The notes: generated by a model not told the origin, from the letters alone. A stretch of 64,000 nt of DNA from Nostoc sp. DedSLP01 (GCA_034530875.2 JAVRCJ020000013.1:1-64000), one strand, 5' to 3'; positions 18,274 to 28,458 are shown, counted from the first letter of the stretch. Program-made: numbers and translations.

Positions 18274-19365
18274 ATGAACGAGGAAGTCTCCAAAAAGCTG
18301 GATTTAATTAGGCAAACCTTGCGTGAAAATGAGGTGCAAGGTTTGCGTTTGCGCGGTACAGACTGGTTTGCCTGGGTGACGGCTGGTGCTTCTAACACGG
18401 TGTTGCTGACTGCTGAAACTGGGGTGGCAGAAGTATTAGTAACTACTGAAGGTGCTTGGGTATTGACGGATGAAATTGAAGCCCAGCGTCTTATAGATGA
18501 AGAATTACCTACTAATTTTCAGGTGTACGTCAACCCTTGGGCTGATGGTGCTGCTGCGCGTGAGTCTTTCGTTCGCGATGTAACTGGTGGTGGGAAAGTA
18601 ATTAGCGATCGCCCCATTTCCAATTTAGAAAACCCTTTACCTCCAACTCTACAAACTCATAAACGGGTAATGATGCCAAGCGAGCTAGAACGATATCGCC
18701 AAGTCGGACAAAAAGCGAGTCAGGCAATGACAGAGGTACTCAAAGCCGCCAAGCCAACTTGGACAGAATATCAATTAGCGGGTGCAGGTGCAGAAGCATT
18801 ATGGGGAAAAGGGTTGCATCCAGCACTGACACTGGTAGCAGGTGAAAGGCGTTTACCACTATACCGCCACGCTACAGCTACCGCAGAACAGATTGGACAG
18901 CAAGCGATGCTGGTGTTCTGCGCTAGAGGTTACGGTTTGTATGCAAATCTGACTCGATTTGTTTGTTTTAGCCAGCTTTCAGGCGAACAAGCCGAATTGC
19001 ATCGTCATGTGCGGGAAGTTGAAGCAGTAGTTTTGAATTTGTCCCAACCCGGAACTAGTCTTGACAAAGCTTATTACGCGCTAGGTCAGGCTTACGAACA
19101 GCACGGATTTCCGAATGCCATCCGCGAACATCATCAGGGAGGAACCACTGGGTATTTAGCGCGAGAAGTCGTAGCAACTCCAAGTACTAATGACACTTTG
19201 GCAGAAGGTATTGCTGTTGCTTGGAATCCCAGTTTACGAGGGGCAAAGGTTGAAGATACTTTTGTAATTCTCAACGATGGAAAGTTGGAAAATCTGACTT
19301 TTGATGCAGATTTTCCTAGTGTTGAAGTAGAAGGAAGGTTACGCCCCGTACCTTTATATAATTAA
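18274..19365 (+). CDS. M24/creatinase-fold protein, non-canonical active site
   Basis: Pita-bread fold motifs YANLTR, HHQGG, WNPS, KVEDT; ends 5 nt before galK. Confidence 0.8.
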   Translation: MNEEVSKKLDLIRQTLRENEVQGLRLRGTDWFAWVTAGASNTVLLTAETGVAEVLVTTEGAWVLTDEIEAQRLIDEELPTNFQVYVNPWADGAAARESFVRDVTGGGKVISDRPISNLENPLPPTLQTHKRVMMPSELERYRQVGQKASQAMTEVLKAAKPTWTEYQLAGAGAEALWGKGLHPALTLVAGERRLPLYRHATATAEQIGQQAMLVFCARGYGLYANLTRFVCFSQLSGEQAELHRHVREVEAVVLNLSQPGTSLDKAYYALGQAYEQHGFPNAIREHHQGGTTGYLAREVVATPSTNDTLAEGIAVAWNPSLRGAKVEDTFVILNDGKLENLTFDADFPSVEVEGRLRPVPLYN

Positions 19366-19370
19366 AAACT

Positions 19371-20453
19371 ATGGATTTTCAACAAATATTCGGTCAACCA
19401 TCTGAAACTCTAGCCAGTGCGCCGGGAAGAGTAAATTTACTCGGCGAACATACAGATTACAACGATGGGTTCGTTCTGCCGACTGCGATTCCGCAATCAA
19501 CTACGGTAGAAGTAGGTTTTAATAGCGATCGCCAGCATCACTTTTACTCGGAAAATCTCAACGAACACGTAACTATTTTAGATAGCAATCATACACCGTC
19601 TGGATTTGCCAGTTATATTTTTGGCTGTCTTGAGGTATTACAAAAGGCAGGGTATAAAATACCTTCGCTTTCTATGTACGTCAAATCCTCGGTGCCTATG
19701 GGTTCGGGTTTGTCTAGCAGTGCAGCCTTAGAAGTAGCAACGCTACGGGCAGTACGGCAACTTTTAGACCTTCCCATTGATGATGTTGAAATTGCCCAAT
19801 TAGCCCAGCAAGCAGAAATTCACTATGCTGGCGTGCAGTGCGGCATCATGGATCAGATGGCTTCTAGCTTGGCTGATACTGAGCATATTTTGTTTTTAGA
19901 TACTCGTACTTTAGAACGCCGCGTGCTGCCTTTGCCTGAGAATGCAGAGATTTTAGTGATTGATAGCGGCGTGCCTCGTACACTTGCAAGTAGCGGCTAT
20001 AACCAGAGGCGTGCTGAGTGTGAAGAAGCGGCGCGATCGCTAGGAGTTAAAGCCCTACGAGATATTACTGACCCTCAAGTAACAGAAAAACTCATCGAAC
20101 CACTGCGACGGCGTGCGCGTCATGTGATTACAGAAGATAACCGCGTTTTAGAAGTATTGCAGGGGGTATCATCTGAACGCTTTGGTGAATTAATGAATGC
20201 ATCCCACGCCAGTTTGAGAGACGATTATGAAGTCTCCGTACCTCCACTAGATACTCTAGTCGAACTATTGCAAAAAACTCCGGGAGTGTTTGGTGCAAGA
20301 TTGACTGGTGCTGGTTTTGGCGGTGCTTGTGTAGCTTTGGTTGCAGCCGGTGAAGCGACAAGAATTGCAACCCATGTCCTCGAACAATATAACCAAGCAG
20401 GTTACAACGGACGAATTTTGGTTCCTTCTTTGGAGTTAAGCGATGCAGCCTAA
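19371..20453 (+). CDS. galK: Galactokinase
   Basis: [43 protein letters not shown]. Confidence 0.96.
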   Translation: MDFQQIFGQPSETLASAPGRVNLLGEHTDYNDGFVLPTAIPQSTTVEVGFNSDRQHHFYSENLNEHVTILDSNHTPSGFASYIFGCLEVLQKAGYKIPSLSMYVKSSVPMGSGLSSSAALEVATLRAVRQLLDLPIDDVEIAQLAQQAEIHYAGVQCGIMDQMASSLADTEHILFLDTRTLERRVLPLPENAEILVIDSGVPRTLASSGYNQRRAECEEAARSLGVKALRDITDPQVTEKLIEPLRRRARHVITEDNRVLEVLQGVSSERFGELMNASHASLRDDYEVSVPPLDTLVELLQKTPGVFGARLTGAGFGGACVALVAAGEATRIATHVLEQYNQAGYNGRILVPSLELSDAA

Positions 20454-20829
20454 AGTAGTTTATGGAAACGCAGCCGTTGAAGGTGTAAATCGTTGGGGAT
20501 GGTTCATCGGTCACTTTATTACCCCTGAAGACGATCCGCGTTCCACAGAAATACTAGAAGTAAAATGGGCTGTTCTTAAAGCAGGTGAAAGCAGAACTGA
20601 TTGGGCAGTAAATAACCAAGCTGCTACACTTTCAATTCTCATTAATGGAGAATTTCGCCTGCAATTTGAAGATAGAGAAATTATATTAACTCGTGAAGGT
20701 GATTACGTTCTTTGGTGTGCCGGCGTACCCCATTGGTGGGTTGCTGAGTCTGACTGCACAATTTTGACTGTTAGATGGCCTTCAAAGCCAGGTGATAGTG
20801 TTGCATTGCCTGGAGTGTCAAAGAGTTAG
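20443..20829 (+). CDS. Small cupin-like protein
   Basis: [10 protein letters not shown]...[10 protein letters not shown]...PHWW cupin pattern; overlaps galK by 11 nt. Confidence 0.65.
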   Translation: MQPKVVYGNAAVEGVNRWGWFIGHFITPEDDPRSTEILEVKWAVLKAGESRTDWAVNNQAATLSILINGEFRLQFEDREIILTREGDYVLWCAGVPHWWVAESDCTILTVRWPSKPGDSVALPGVSKS

Positions 20830-21072
20830 TTTCTGAAGTTAGCAGGCAATAAATAACAGGTTAGAAGGTCTGTTTTTGTCTGGGTTTTGTGCTGAGTTTA
20901 TTTAATCAATTATGGTTGAACTATCATAAATAATTTTAATTAATTGTTACAGAGAATTAGTTTTAGCCACTCATTTGGAGAATAGTACGTTACCATCGAC
21001 AAGCAATAAAAAAATCTCCTAGAGGTCTGATATGAATACGCCTCTAGTTATAAATTGAAGAGGATAAGAAAG

Positions 21073-21882
21073 ATGGTTCAAAGTATAGGCGGTATAGCGC
21101 AATATTCGGCTGCCGACCTAGACCGATTAGCTCAACAGCTGAATCAAGACGGAATTTGTATTATTCGCGGTCTTTTTGAGCAAAAATTAATTGACGAGTG
21201 GTTAGAAGCTTTTGAAAAGTTATTTAGAGAGCGTCAAAATCAACCAGGTGGTTTGGCTCCGCGCGAACTTTCCCGCTACTATCTGACATTACCTTGGGTT
21301 TCTCCATTCGCTAATGAATTGGTTTTTGCCAACCCAACGATCATGGGTCTTTTAGAGCGCGTTTTCTATCAAGAATACGTAATGGTTCAGTTGGGAGTTG
21401 ATGTTCCGTTCCAGGGTTCGGATTATCAGGAAACCCATCGCGATTTTCGTCCGTTGTTTAGCGACCAGATAGTAACGCCACTCTACGCTTTAGCTGTTAA
21501 CTTCCCTCTGGTGGAAGTAACCGCAGATAACGGCCCGTTCCAGATGGCACGCGGTACCCATGTTTTACCGCGTGAAGAGGGATTAAAGAAGGTTGCTAGC
21601 GGTGAAATTCCAATGGAATCATTTTATATGCAACCTGGTGACGTGGCGGTGCGATCGCCTTTAGCACTGCATCGGGGTTCCCCAAATCGCACAAACCAGC
21701 CAAGACCGATGGTAGTGATGGGCTATGCGATGCATTGGTTGCACACGCCAAAAGTAGAATTGGCTCTCCAACAAGATTACTATCAAAGCCTACCAGTACA
21801 CATACAGCAAATGCTGCGGTGTCAAGTAGTCGAACAGTTGCCTAAGGAAAAAGTTGAAACTTACGTCAATTTCAAGTATTAG
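21073..21882 (+). CDS. PhyH-family Fe(II)/2-oxoglutarate dioxygenase
   Basis: HRD (HxD), NGP..GTH, PGD, distal HRGSPN, RPM; ATG 21073 preferred. Confidence 0.88.
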   Translation: MVQSIGGIAQYSAADLDRLAQQLNQDGICIIRGLFEQKLIDEWLEAFEKLFRERQNQPGGLAPRELSRYYLTLPWVSPFANELVFANPTIMGLLERVFYQEYVMVQLGVDVPFQGSDYQETHRDFRPLFSDQIVTPLYALAVNFPLVEVTADNGPFQMARGTHVLPREEGLKKVASGEIPMESFYMQPGDVAVRSPLALHRGSPNRTNQPRPMVVMGYAMHWLHTPKVELALQQDYYQSLPVHIQQMLRCQVVEQLPKEKVETYVNFKY

Positions 21883-21929
21883 GAGTTAGGATTATAAGAT
21901 TTCACTAAATAACTGATACAAATACGTGG

Positions 21930-21961
21930 GTAGGGGCGTACAGCTAGCTGTACACCCCTAC
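21930..21961. repeat. REP-like palindrome
   Basis: GTAGGGGCGTACAGCTAGCTGTACACCCCTAC. Confidence 0.75.
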
Positions 21962-21994
21962 AGCGGATTTATCTGTTATATGGATTATTAAAAT

Positions 21995-22150
21995 TAACGT
22001 TAATTCGACGGTTTATATAGTGTCCGTCTAATTAGCCAAATAAAAAACCTCTCCCTGGTTTTACTACATAAAACCGTCCCTCTCCGAATCGGAGAGGGAC
22101 AGACTTGAACACTAGTTCAAGACAGGGAGAGGTTGGTCGAATTCACGTTA
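21995..22150. mobile_element. MITE-like element with 15-bp TIRs and an internal multi-hairpin structure
   Basis: TAACGTTAATTCGAC ... GTCGAATTCACGTTA, 14 of 15 complementary. Confidence 0.7.
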
Positions 22151-22202
22151 AAATTAGATTTTTTCCAAAATTATTGTTAATTATTGTTGGAAAATTTGTA
22201 TT

Positions 22203-22718
22203 TTGGACAATATGCGATCGCAATACGAACCACAAGTTTTATCTGCTGTAATTAAACATTCAATGGCGAAAGGAGATTTCTTATGTGAAATGTCCAATAG
22301 TTATCTGATAACTAGTACTTCTCTGAAGCCAGATATTTCCTGGGAATTCCTGCGGATTCCAGAAATATTCATTCATGGGATGAGAATTATAGGTTTTCCG
22401 AATCTCCAAAAAGAGACTTACGATAATTGGATTTCAATTAACACTCAACCTTCCTCATTGACTCCATTGATTACAAACGCTCATGTAACTCTGATTTCTG
22501 AGCAAGAGTCTAACAAAATTTTAAATGACTATAATCATAGGTGGTCTATTATATATACTTTGACTCGCCCAGGATTACCTTTAGATTTTTCCCAGGCATT
22601 AATTCAAATAACTGCACATTGTCCAGCAGGGCCGCCCCAGTATGGGAATTTGCTTTATTTGGAAAGGACTGGCAAACAATGGGCAGTTAAGTCATCTTAT
22701 GGGTTGTACAATCAATAA
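22203..22718 (+). CDS. Hypothetical protein
   Basis: 171-codon ORF filling the gap; no family recognised; start may be ATG 22212. Confidence 0.55.
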   Translation: MDNMRSQYEPQVLSAVIKHSMAKGDFLCEMSNSYLITSTSLKPDISWEFLRIPEIFIHGMRIIGFPNLQKETYDNWISINTQPSSLTPLITNAHVTLISEQESNKILNDYNHRWSIIYTLTRPGLPLDFSQALIQITAHCPAGPPQYGNLLYLERTGKQWAVKSSYGLYNQ

Positions 22719-22724
22719 AAAACT

Positions 22725-23570
22725 CTATTTTTTATTCACATTTGGTATCAAAACTCCATGTTTGGGGCTAAATAATAAAGCTAATAAAAATAATCCCGAA
22801 ACTACCAAAACAATTGCCGGGCCAGAAGGCAAATTATAAAAATAGCTGAGATACATCCCACTAATACTAGAAATTACGCCAATTACTGCACCTAAAATCA
22901 TTACTTGGTTGAGACGTTTAACTAGTAAATAAGCTGTGGCTCCTGGTGTAATCAAAAGTGAAAGTACTAAAATTACGCCTACAGCTTTCATGCTGGCGAC
23001 AATAGTCAAAGCAATCAATAACATTAATCCAAAGTTAAGCCGATTGACTGGCAAACCTGCGGCTTGAGCGCCTAATGGATCGAATGTGTAAAATAAAAGT
23101 TCTTTGTATATTAAAACAACTACTGTTAAAACAATAGCGGCAATAATAGCTGTGTCGCGTACCTCATCAATAGTAACGCCGAGAATATTACCAAACAAAA
23201 AGTGATTCAGGTCGATTTTGTTATCTTTTTGGATAACAGTAATTAAGGTGATACCAAGGGCAAAAAACGCTGAAAAAACTATGCCCATTGCCGCATCTTC
23301 TTTAATTGGCGATCGCACTCTAATCCAAGCGATCGCCATTGTACTCACAACTCCGGCAATAAATGCCCCGATATATATATTTGCACCCAACATAAAAGCG
23401 ATCGCTAACCCTGGCAAAACCGAATGACTAATTGCATCCCCCAGTAATGCCAATCGCTGCACCATCAAGTAACTACCAACCACCGCACACAACAAACCAA
23501 CTAAAATCGCAATCACAAGCGATCGCTGCATAAAGCCGTACTGCAACGGCTCAATTAACGTTTCAAACAT
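22725..23570 (-). CDS. mntB: Mn/Zn ABC transporter permease
   Basis: LLGDAISHSVLPG, EDAAMG, LFGNIL, TFDP. Confidence 0.85.
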   Translation of the reverse strand: MFETLIEPLQYGFMQRSLVIAILVGLLCAVVGSYLMVQRLALLGDAISHSVLPGLAIAFMLGANIYIGAFIAGVVSTMAIAWIRVRSPIKEDAAMGIVFSAFFALGITLITVIQKDNKIDLNHFLFGNILGVTIDEVRDTAIIAAIVLTVVVLIYKELLFYTFDPLGAQAAGLPVNRLNFGLMLLIALTIVASMKAVGVILVLSLLITPGATAYLLVKRLNQVMILGAVIGVISSISGMYLSYFYNLPSGPAIVLVVSGLFLLALLFSPKHGVLIPNVNKK

Positions 23571-23571
23571 A

Positions 23572-23628
23572 TTTAGTTATTAGTCATTAGTCATTAGTCA
23601 TTAGTCCTTGGGCATTGGTCATTGGTCA
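23572..23628. repeat. STRR heptamer array (TTAGTCA/TTGGTCA)
   Basis: Tandem units visible; also at about 45564-45597 and 61258-61308. Confidence 0.85.
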
Positions 23629-23661
23629 GTGATTTTTCTCTTCCCAGTCCCCAATCCCCAT

Positions 23662-24489
23662 CTATGCCGCATCAGAAAAGTACATTACTTTGCCACCATA
23701 AGCAAGGCTGAGATTTTCTTCTGTGAGTACTTGTTGGCGGGAACCTGTGGCTACTAATTCACGATTTAGTAATATTAAATCATCAAAATGAGCGATTGAT
23801 TCTCCTAAATCGTGGTTGACTACTAACACGATTTTGTTGTCAGCGGCGAGTTCGTGAAAAACTTCAAAAATCACTGATTGGGTTTTTTGATCGATACCCA
23901 CTAAAGGTTCGTCAAAACAGAAAATTTCTGCTTGCTGAGTTAAAGCACGCGCTAAAAATACGCGCTGTTGCTGTCCTCCTGATAATTGTCCGATGGGGCG
24001 ATCGCAATATTCAATCATTCCCACTCTTTCGAGGGCATTTTTGGCTACTTGGCGACTAACTGCTGAAAAACTACGCAACCATCCTGTTTTCTTCACCCGT
24101 CCCATCATTACTACATCCCAAACTGTGGCGGGGTAAGTCCAGTCAATTTGGCTTCGCTGTGGTACGTAAGCAACTTTATCTAGTTGTTGCATTAAGGGTT
24201 TACCCTGGTATATTGCTGTGCCGCTAGTTACCGGAACCAAGCCCAATATTGCTTTCATCAGCGTACTTTTGCCTGCACCGTTGGGGCCGAAAATACCCGT
24301 TAGTCTTCCCGGTTTGACAATACAGTTAATATCCCTTAAGGCTTCTTGCGTGCGGTAGTGTACGCCTACATGGGCGATGTTAATTGTTGCTGTGGTAGCC
24401 ATATCTGAAGCCTTAATACTTTTTGTCGGTAATTCTCCTGTATTTGATGGAGATAAGAGAAATTTAGGTGTAAAAAAGACACTTTTCAT
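23662..24489 (-). CDS. mntA: Mn/Zn ABC transporter ATP-binding protein
   Basis: GPNGAGKST, YVPQR, LSGGQQQR, DEP. Start moved to ATG 24489 (or 24402) because the longer ORF overlaps the divergent gene and promoter. Confidence 0.85.
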   Translation of the reverse strand: MKSVFFTPKFLLSPSNTGELPTKSIKASDMATTATINIAHVGVHYRTQEALRDINCIVKPGRLTGIFGPNGAGKSTLMKAILGLVPVTSGTAIYQGKPLMQQLDKVAYVPQRSQIDWTYPATVWDVVMMGRVKKTGWLRSFSAVSRQVAKNALERVGMIEYCDRPIGQLSGGQQQRVFLARALTQQAEIFCFDEPLVGIDQKTQSVIFEVFHELAADNKIVLVVNHDLGESIAHFDDLILLNRELVATGSRQQVLTEENLSLAYGGKVMYFSDAA

Positions 24490-24528
24490 ACTTGCTTTCA
24501 AATATTCATTTCTTGAGCTTACTATAAA

Positions 24529-24547
24529 AATGAGAGAAATATGAAAA
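24529..24547. promoter_or_regulatory. ManR-type direct repeat in the divergent mnt promoter
   Basis: AATGAGAG-AAA-TATGAAAA fits (T/A)ATGA(G/A)A(A/G)-N3-(T/A)ATGA(G/A)A(A/G). Confidence 0.7.
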
Positions 24548-24578
24548 AATCTATAAATAGATGTAATATCCCAGATAA

Positions 24579-25598
24579 ATGAAACTAATACCACAGAAAG
24601 AAGGCAGTAACCCTAGCGGTAAGGTAACTAGCGACACGAACAAGAAAAAAATTCTTTTGCGGCTTTGTTTGGGAATGCTTGTGCCTTTGGCTTTATTTAG
24701 TTGTACCGAGAAAGACCCCTATCGCAAAACTGCCAAGGGAGAGAGTGAGGCGCGAGTGGTTGCAACTAGCACCATCCTTGCTGATTTGGCGCAAGAGGTT
24801 GGAGGAGATAAAATTCAAGTACGCGGAATCCTCAAACCGGGTACCGATCCGCATGTTTACGAACCAGTACCAGCAGACACAAGGCTTTTGGAAGAAGCCG
24901 ACTTAATTTTGTATAACGGCTATAACCTAGAACCGGGATTGATTAAGTTAATGAATGCTTCTGGTGGTAAGGCGTCCAAGTTAGCGGTGGGGGAAGTTGT
25001 AAAATCTTTGCAGCTAGACAAAGGCAAAGGTGAAATCGTACCAGATCCTCATGTTTGGGGTAGTGCAGAAAATGCGATCGCCATGACTAATGCCATTCGA
25101 GATGCTTTGATTGAATTATCACCTCAAGATAAAGAACAATTAACAAAAAATGCATTGCAACTAACTCAAGAATTAAAACAGTTGCATAGCTGGGTTGATC
25201 GACAGATTCAAACTATCCCAGCAGATAAGCGCAGACTGATTACAACTCACGATGCATTTCAATATTATGGGCGTGCTTATGGAATTGCGATCGCAGGTAC
25301 TTTAATTGGCATTAGTACTGAAGAACAGCCAAGCGCTCAAACAGTCCAGAGATTAGTAGAGTCAGTTAAAAAAATAGGCGTTCCCGCAATTTTTGCTGAA
25401 ACTACAATTAACCCGGCTTTAATTAAAACTGTTGCTCAAGAAGCAGGTGTGAAATTAGCACCACATCAACTTTATTCTGATTCAATTGGTGCCAAAGGAA
25501 GTGATGGAGATTCCTACATTAAGATGATGGAAGCGAATACCCGTAGTATCGTAGAAGCATTAGGCGGGAAATATACACCATTTAATCCTAAGAAGTAA
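24579..25598 (+). CDS. mntC: Mn/Zn ABC transporter substrate-binding lipoprotein
   Basis: LFSC lipobox-like motif, DPHVYEP, DPHVW, THDAFQY, LYSDS. Confidence 0.85.
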   Translation: MKLIPQKEGSNPSGKVTSDTNKKKILLRLCLGMLVPLALFSCTEKDPYRKTAKGESEARVVATSTILADLAQEVGGDKIQVRGILKPGTDPHVYEPVPADTRLLEEADLILYNGYNLEPGLIKLMNASGGKASKLAVGEVVKSLQLDKGKGEIVPDPHVWGSAENAIAMTNAIRDALIELSPQDKEQLTKNALQLTQELKQLHSWVDRQIQTIPADKRRLITTHDAFQYYGRAYGIAIAGTLIGISTEEQPSAQTVQRLVESVKKIGVPAIFAETTINPALIKTVAQEAGVKLAPHQLYSDSIGAKGSDGDSYIKMMEANTRSIVEALGGKYTPFNPKK

Positions 25599-25766
25599 GT
25601 TACTTATTTCTCAAGTCAGAGGTTTATAAACAACCTCTGAATTAATATCTAACTTAAGGCATGTAATTTTTAAATATTTTGTCAAACTCTTTCCAGAGAA
25701 AGAACTCTTTATGGCTTTGATTTCCTAGAGTGTTATTAGTAAACGCACATTTATTAATAGAAAGCC

Positions 25767-26102
25767 ATGACTGATAATAAACAAGAAAATCAAATTAATC
25801 AACCAGTGAGCGAAGATTGGCATTCTCGTGAAGAACCAACTGCCAAGGAAAGAAATTTAACTGTAAACCCAGGAGATAAAATCTCTGATGAGCCTCAATC
25901 AATTGAAGAAAAGGCTCAACAAGTAGCTGTAGACCACGTACCAGACATTACAGGCGACGAAATCACAGTCCCCACTTACTTTGTTGTTGATGAACCCGAC
26001 GGCGAAAAGAAAGCACTGCACCACGTTAAAGATGCTGAAGAGATTTCTGACGTAATTCGCCAAGCACGGGTTGACGAAGATGGAAATCGAGTTTGGTGGT
26101 AA
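25767..26102 (+). CDS. Hypothetical acidic protein
   Basis: Clean 111-aa ORF; no family recognised. Confidence 0.7.
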   Translation: MTDNKQENQINQPVSEDWHSREEPTAKERNLTVNPGDKISDEPQSIEEKAQQVAVDHVPDITGDEITVPTYFVVDEPDGEKKALHHVKDAEEISDVIRQARVDEDGNRVWW

Positions 26103-26282
26103 TTATTGATTGAAGAAACAAGAGGATTGGGAGTGGTGAGTTAGGAGTTAGAAGTTAAGAATGATTCTCCTTGTCCCTTCCTCCTCTTGTTTCTCCATTT
26201 TGCTGTTATTGTATCTTCTTGGGTTAACTTACACTTTTAATAAGATAATTATAGTTTGGAAATTTTTCCAGAATCAAAGGTA

Positions 26283-27020
26283 ATGGTAAATATTATAAAT
26301 ACCGAAGAATTAACATCTTGGACTACGCCAGAACTTAAAAAGCATATTTTAGAACTTGTTAAAGACCGGAATACACAACCTTTAAAAGCTAAAGTAGATT
26401 TTTATAAAAACGAATTAGCACCATATTTTACAGAATTGAGCCAACGGAACCCTTTTCCTAAAGTTGCAGAACAAGTGGCGATCGCTATTGGAGTTTGGGT
26501 GCCAATTTGGTCTACTATTCCTTTTCAAGATATTTTACCAGGTAGGATTCAGGAGCAGTCTTACCAAATTTTTCATAATGATGGTTACTATGCAAATATT
26601 GCTCGTTATGCACTAGGACATCAGTCTGGTTTTTGGCGAAAATTTGCATCAAAACTACCAGCTTATGACTTAATGGTATTACAACAATATTCGGTTGACA
26701 ACGAGCAGTGGAATATCAAAAATGTTGGCATATTCCAAGCATGGGCAAATCGAGAAATTACATTAACAATTGACGATGCAGACAAGTGGTTTACGAAGAC
26801 TGTTGAATCTAAATTGAGAAAAGCATCGTCAAAGAGAGATTTACAGCAAGAATTACAATTAGAAAATCTGGACAGGAATACTGCCAAAAAATTTGAAAAA
26901 GCCTATCTAGCTACTTCTTTTTTAGAACATTTATATATAGATAATGATTTTCGTTTAATTAAGAGTCAACGAGAAGCTACACAGCGACCGAGTTATACAA
27001 TTGCTGTTCGCAAAGGTTGA
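26283..27020 (+). CDS. Hypothetical protein (possibly PAP/fibrillin-like)
   Basis: GVWVPIWST and LYIDNDFRL segments loosely resemble the fibrillin/lipocalin pattern; ATG 26283. Confidence 0.6.
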   Translation: MVNIINTEELTSWTTPELKKHILELVKDRNTQPLKAKVDFYKNELAPYFTELSQRNPFPKVAEQVAIAIGVWVPIWSTIPFQDILPGRIQEQSYQIFHNDGYYANIARYALGHQSGFWRKFASKLPAYDLMVLQQYSVDNEQWNIKNVGIFQAWANREITLTIDDADKWFTKTVESKLRKASSKRDLQQELQLENLDRNTAKKFEKAYLATSFLEHLYIDNDFRLIKSQREATQRPSYTIAVRKG

Positions 27021-27041
27021 ATTAATAAAGTTTTTAATTTT

Positions 27042-27674
27042 ATGTCTTCAAGACAACAAGCAGTTACTTCCACTGACAGCTACAACTATCTATTATTCTT
27101 GCCTGAAGCCAACAGTTTATCACAGCCGCTTTTGCCAACCATCTTATTTTTACACGGTGCAGGCGAGCGAAGTTTTGATTTACATCAGGTCAAAAATCAT
27201 GGCGTTGCTAAAATTGTCGAGGAACAGCCTGATTTTCCGTTTATTGTGATTTCTCCTCAATGTCCGCCTAATGAATATTGGTCAGTAGGACGATTGAGTA
27301 TGCTTTTGGATGAAGCGATCGCATCTTATCCTGTCGATACAAACCGACTTTACCTGACTGGCTTAAGCATGGGTGGTTATGGAACTTGGCACTTAGCAGC
27401 AGCACAACCCCAAAGATTTGCAGCGATCGCGCCTGTGTGCGGTGGTGGTAAACCAACCCAAGCATTTAAGCTAAAAAATCTTCCTGTATGGGCATTTCAT
27501 GGAGCAAAGGATGATATCGTTCCTTTGAGAGAATCGGAAATCATGGTTTCTGCACTGCAAGCCTACGGTGGAAATGTGAAATTTACAGTTTACCCACAAG
27601 CCAGACACGATTCCTGGACGCAGACATATAATAATCCAGAACTTTATCAGTGGTTTTTGCAGCATCGTTTGTAG
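27042..27674 (+). CDS. Alpha/beta hydrolase (carboxylesterase/peptidase-like)
   Basis: FLHGAGE, SPQCP, GLSMGG, FHGAKDDIV, HDSW. Confidence 0.88.
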   Translation: MSSRQQAVTSTDSYNYLLFLPEANSLSQPLLPTILFLHGAGERSFDLHQVKNHGVAKIVEEQPDFPFIVISPQCPPNEYWSVGRLSMLLDEAIASYPVDTNRLYLTGLSMGGYGTWHLAAAQPQRFAAIAPVCGGGKPTQAFKLKNLPVWAFHGAKDDIVPLRESEIMVSALQAYGGNVKFTVYPQARHDSWTQTYNNPELYQWFLQHRL

Positions 27675-27700
27675 AGACGTAGCACTGCTACGTCTCTACA
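27670..27700. repeat. Perfect REP-like palindrome that contains the hydrolase stop codon
   Basis: TGTAGAGACGTAGCA-C-TGCTACGTCTCTACA; TAG at 27672-27674. Confidence 0.85.
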
Positions 27701-27707
27701 TTTGTTT

Positions 27708-27826
27708 TAGACCAATTCTGTATGAAAATGCACGCGATCTATACCCCCCTGTAGTCCCCCCTTGCCAAGGGGGGACGGCGTAGCCGGGGGGTAAATATAT
27801 GCAGCTTCACAAAGAGACGGCATTAG
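27708..27826. repeat. Degenerate MITE-like element with a GC-rich branched hairpin
   Basis: TACCCCCC...GTCCCCCCTTG-C-CAAGGGGGGAC...GGGGGGTA inside weak TIRs. Confidence 0.5.
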
Positions 27827-28146
27827 AAATAAAAAATTAACTCTACCTCTAAATTTATCGGTATTTGCCTAAGGGCAATAGCCAACGCTTCATCATATTT
27901 TCATCAAAAATATTTTTTCGCTGTCAAAAATTAAAATTTATAAGAAGTCCTGACTTATACCTTTGACTTTAAAGTATATAACTCCAATAATCTTATTACG
28001 TAAAAATTCGTAATTATATAGAAATCTGAATTTAATTTTCCTAAGTATACTGAGAGCTAATATTTGTAAACGTTAGCTCTGAGTCATTTTTGTTTGGGAA
28101 AAATGAACTTGATTTCTATATAGACTGGTGTTAACAGGGTTGTATT

Positions 28147-28458
28147 ATGTTATTTTCCAATTCAAAATCGAGCTTAAAACCTAGCCCAAAACATAAAAAT
28201 TTTAGTTTTGGTAAAGTTCAAATTAGCATAATACCACTTGCTGGATATTTAATTACTCTGCCAATTTTAACGTTGATAATTTTATATTTTTTGTTACCAA
28301 TATTGCCGGAATTCATTAGTAATTTTTTTACTGTGACAAGAACCTCATATCACCCGACATCGATTCCTTGGATAGTAGATGCATCTGAATGCGAACATAC
28401 TGGTAGAAACTGGCGCGATCGCAAGTGTTGGGATGATAAACACAATCCCTTGTTCTAA
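28147..28458 (+). CDS. Hypothetical membrane protein with a C-terminal Cys/Trp motif
   Basis: One hydrophobic helix; SIPW...ECEHTGRNWRDRKCWD..HNP.F. Confidence 0.65.
   Translation: MLFSNSKSSLKPSPKHKNFSFGKVQISIIPLAGYLITLPILTLIILYFLLPILPEFISNFFTVTRTSYHPTSIPWIVDASECEHTGRNWRDRKCWDDKHNPLF

Noticed and set aside
22046..22134. tRNA gene
   Set aside because: Cloverleaf-like, but lacks D/T-loop consensus, a proper anticodon loop and CCA.
24490..24594. N-terminal extension of the ABC ATPase ORF
   Set aside because: Overlaps the divergent gene start and the ManR-type box.
27042..27674. Candidate missing PqqA-processing protease
   Set aside because: 18 kb from the operon, only 210 aa, and a common esterase-like family; no link visible.
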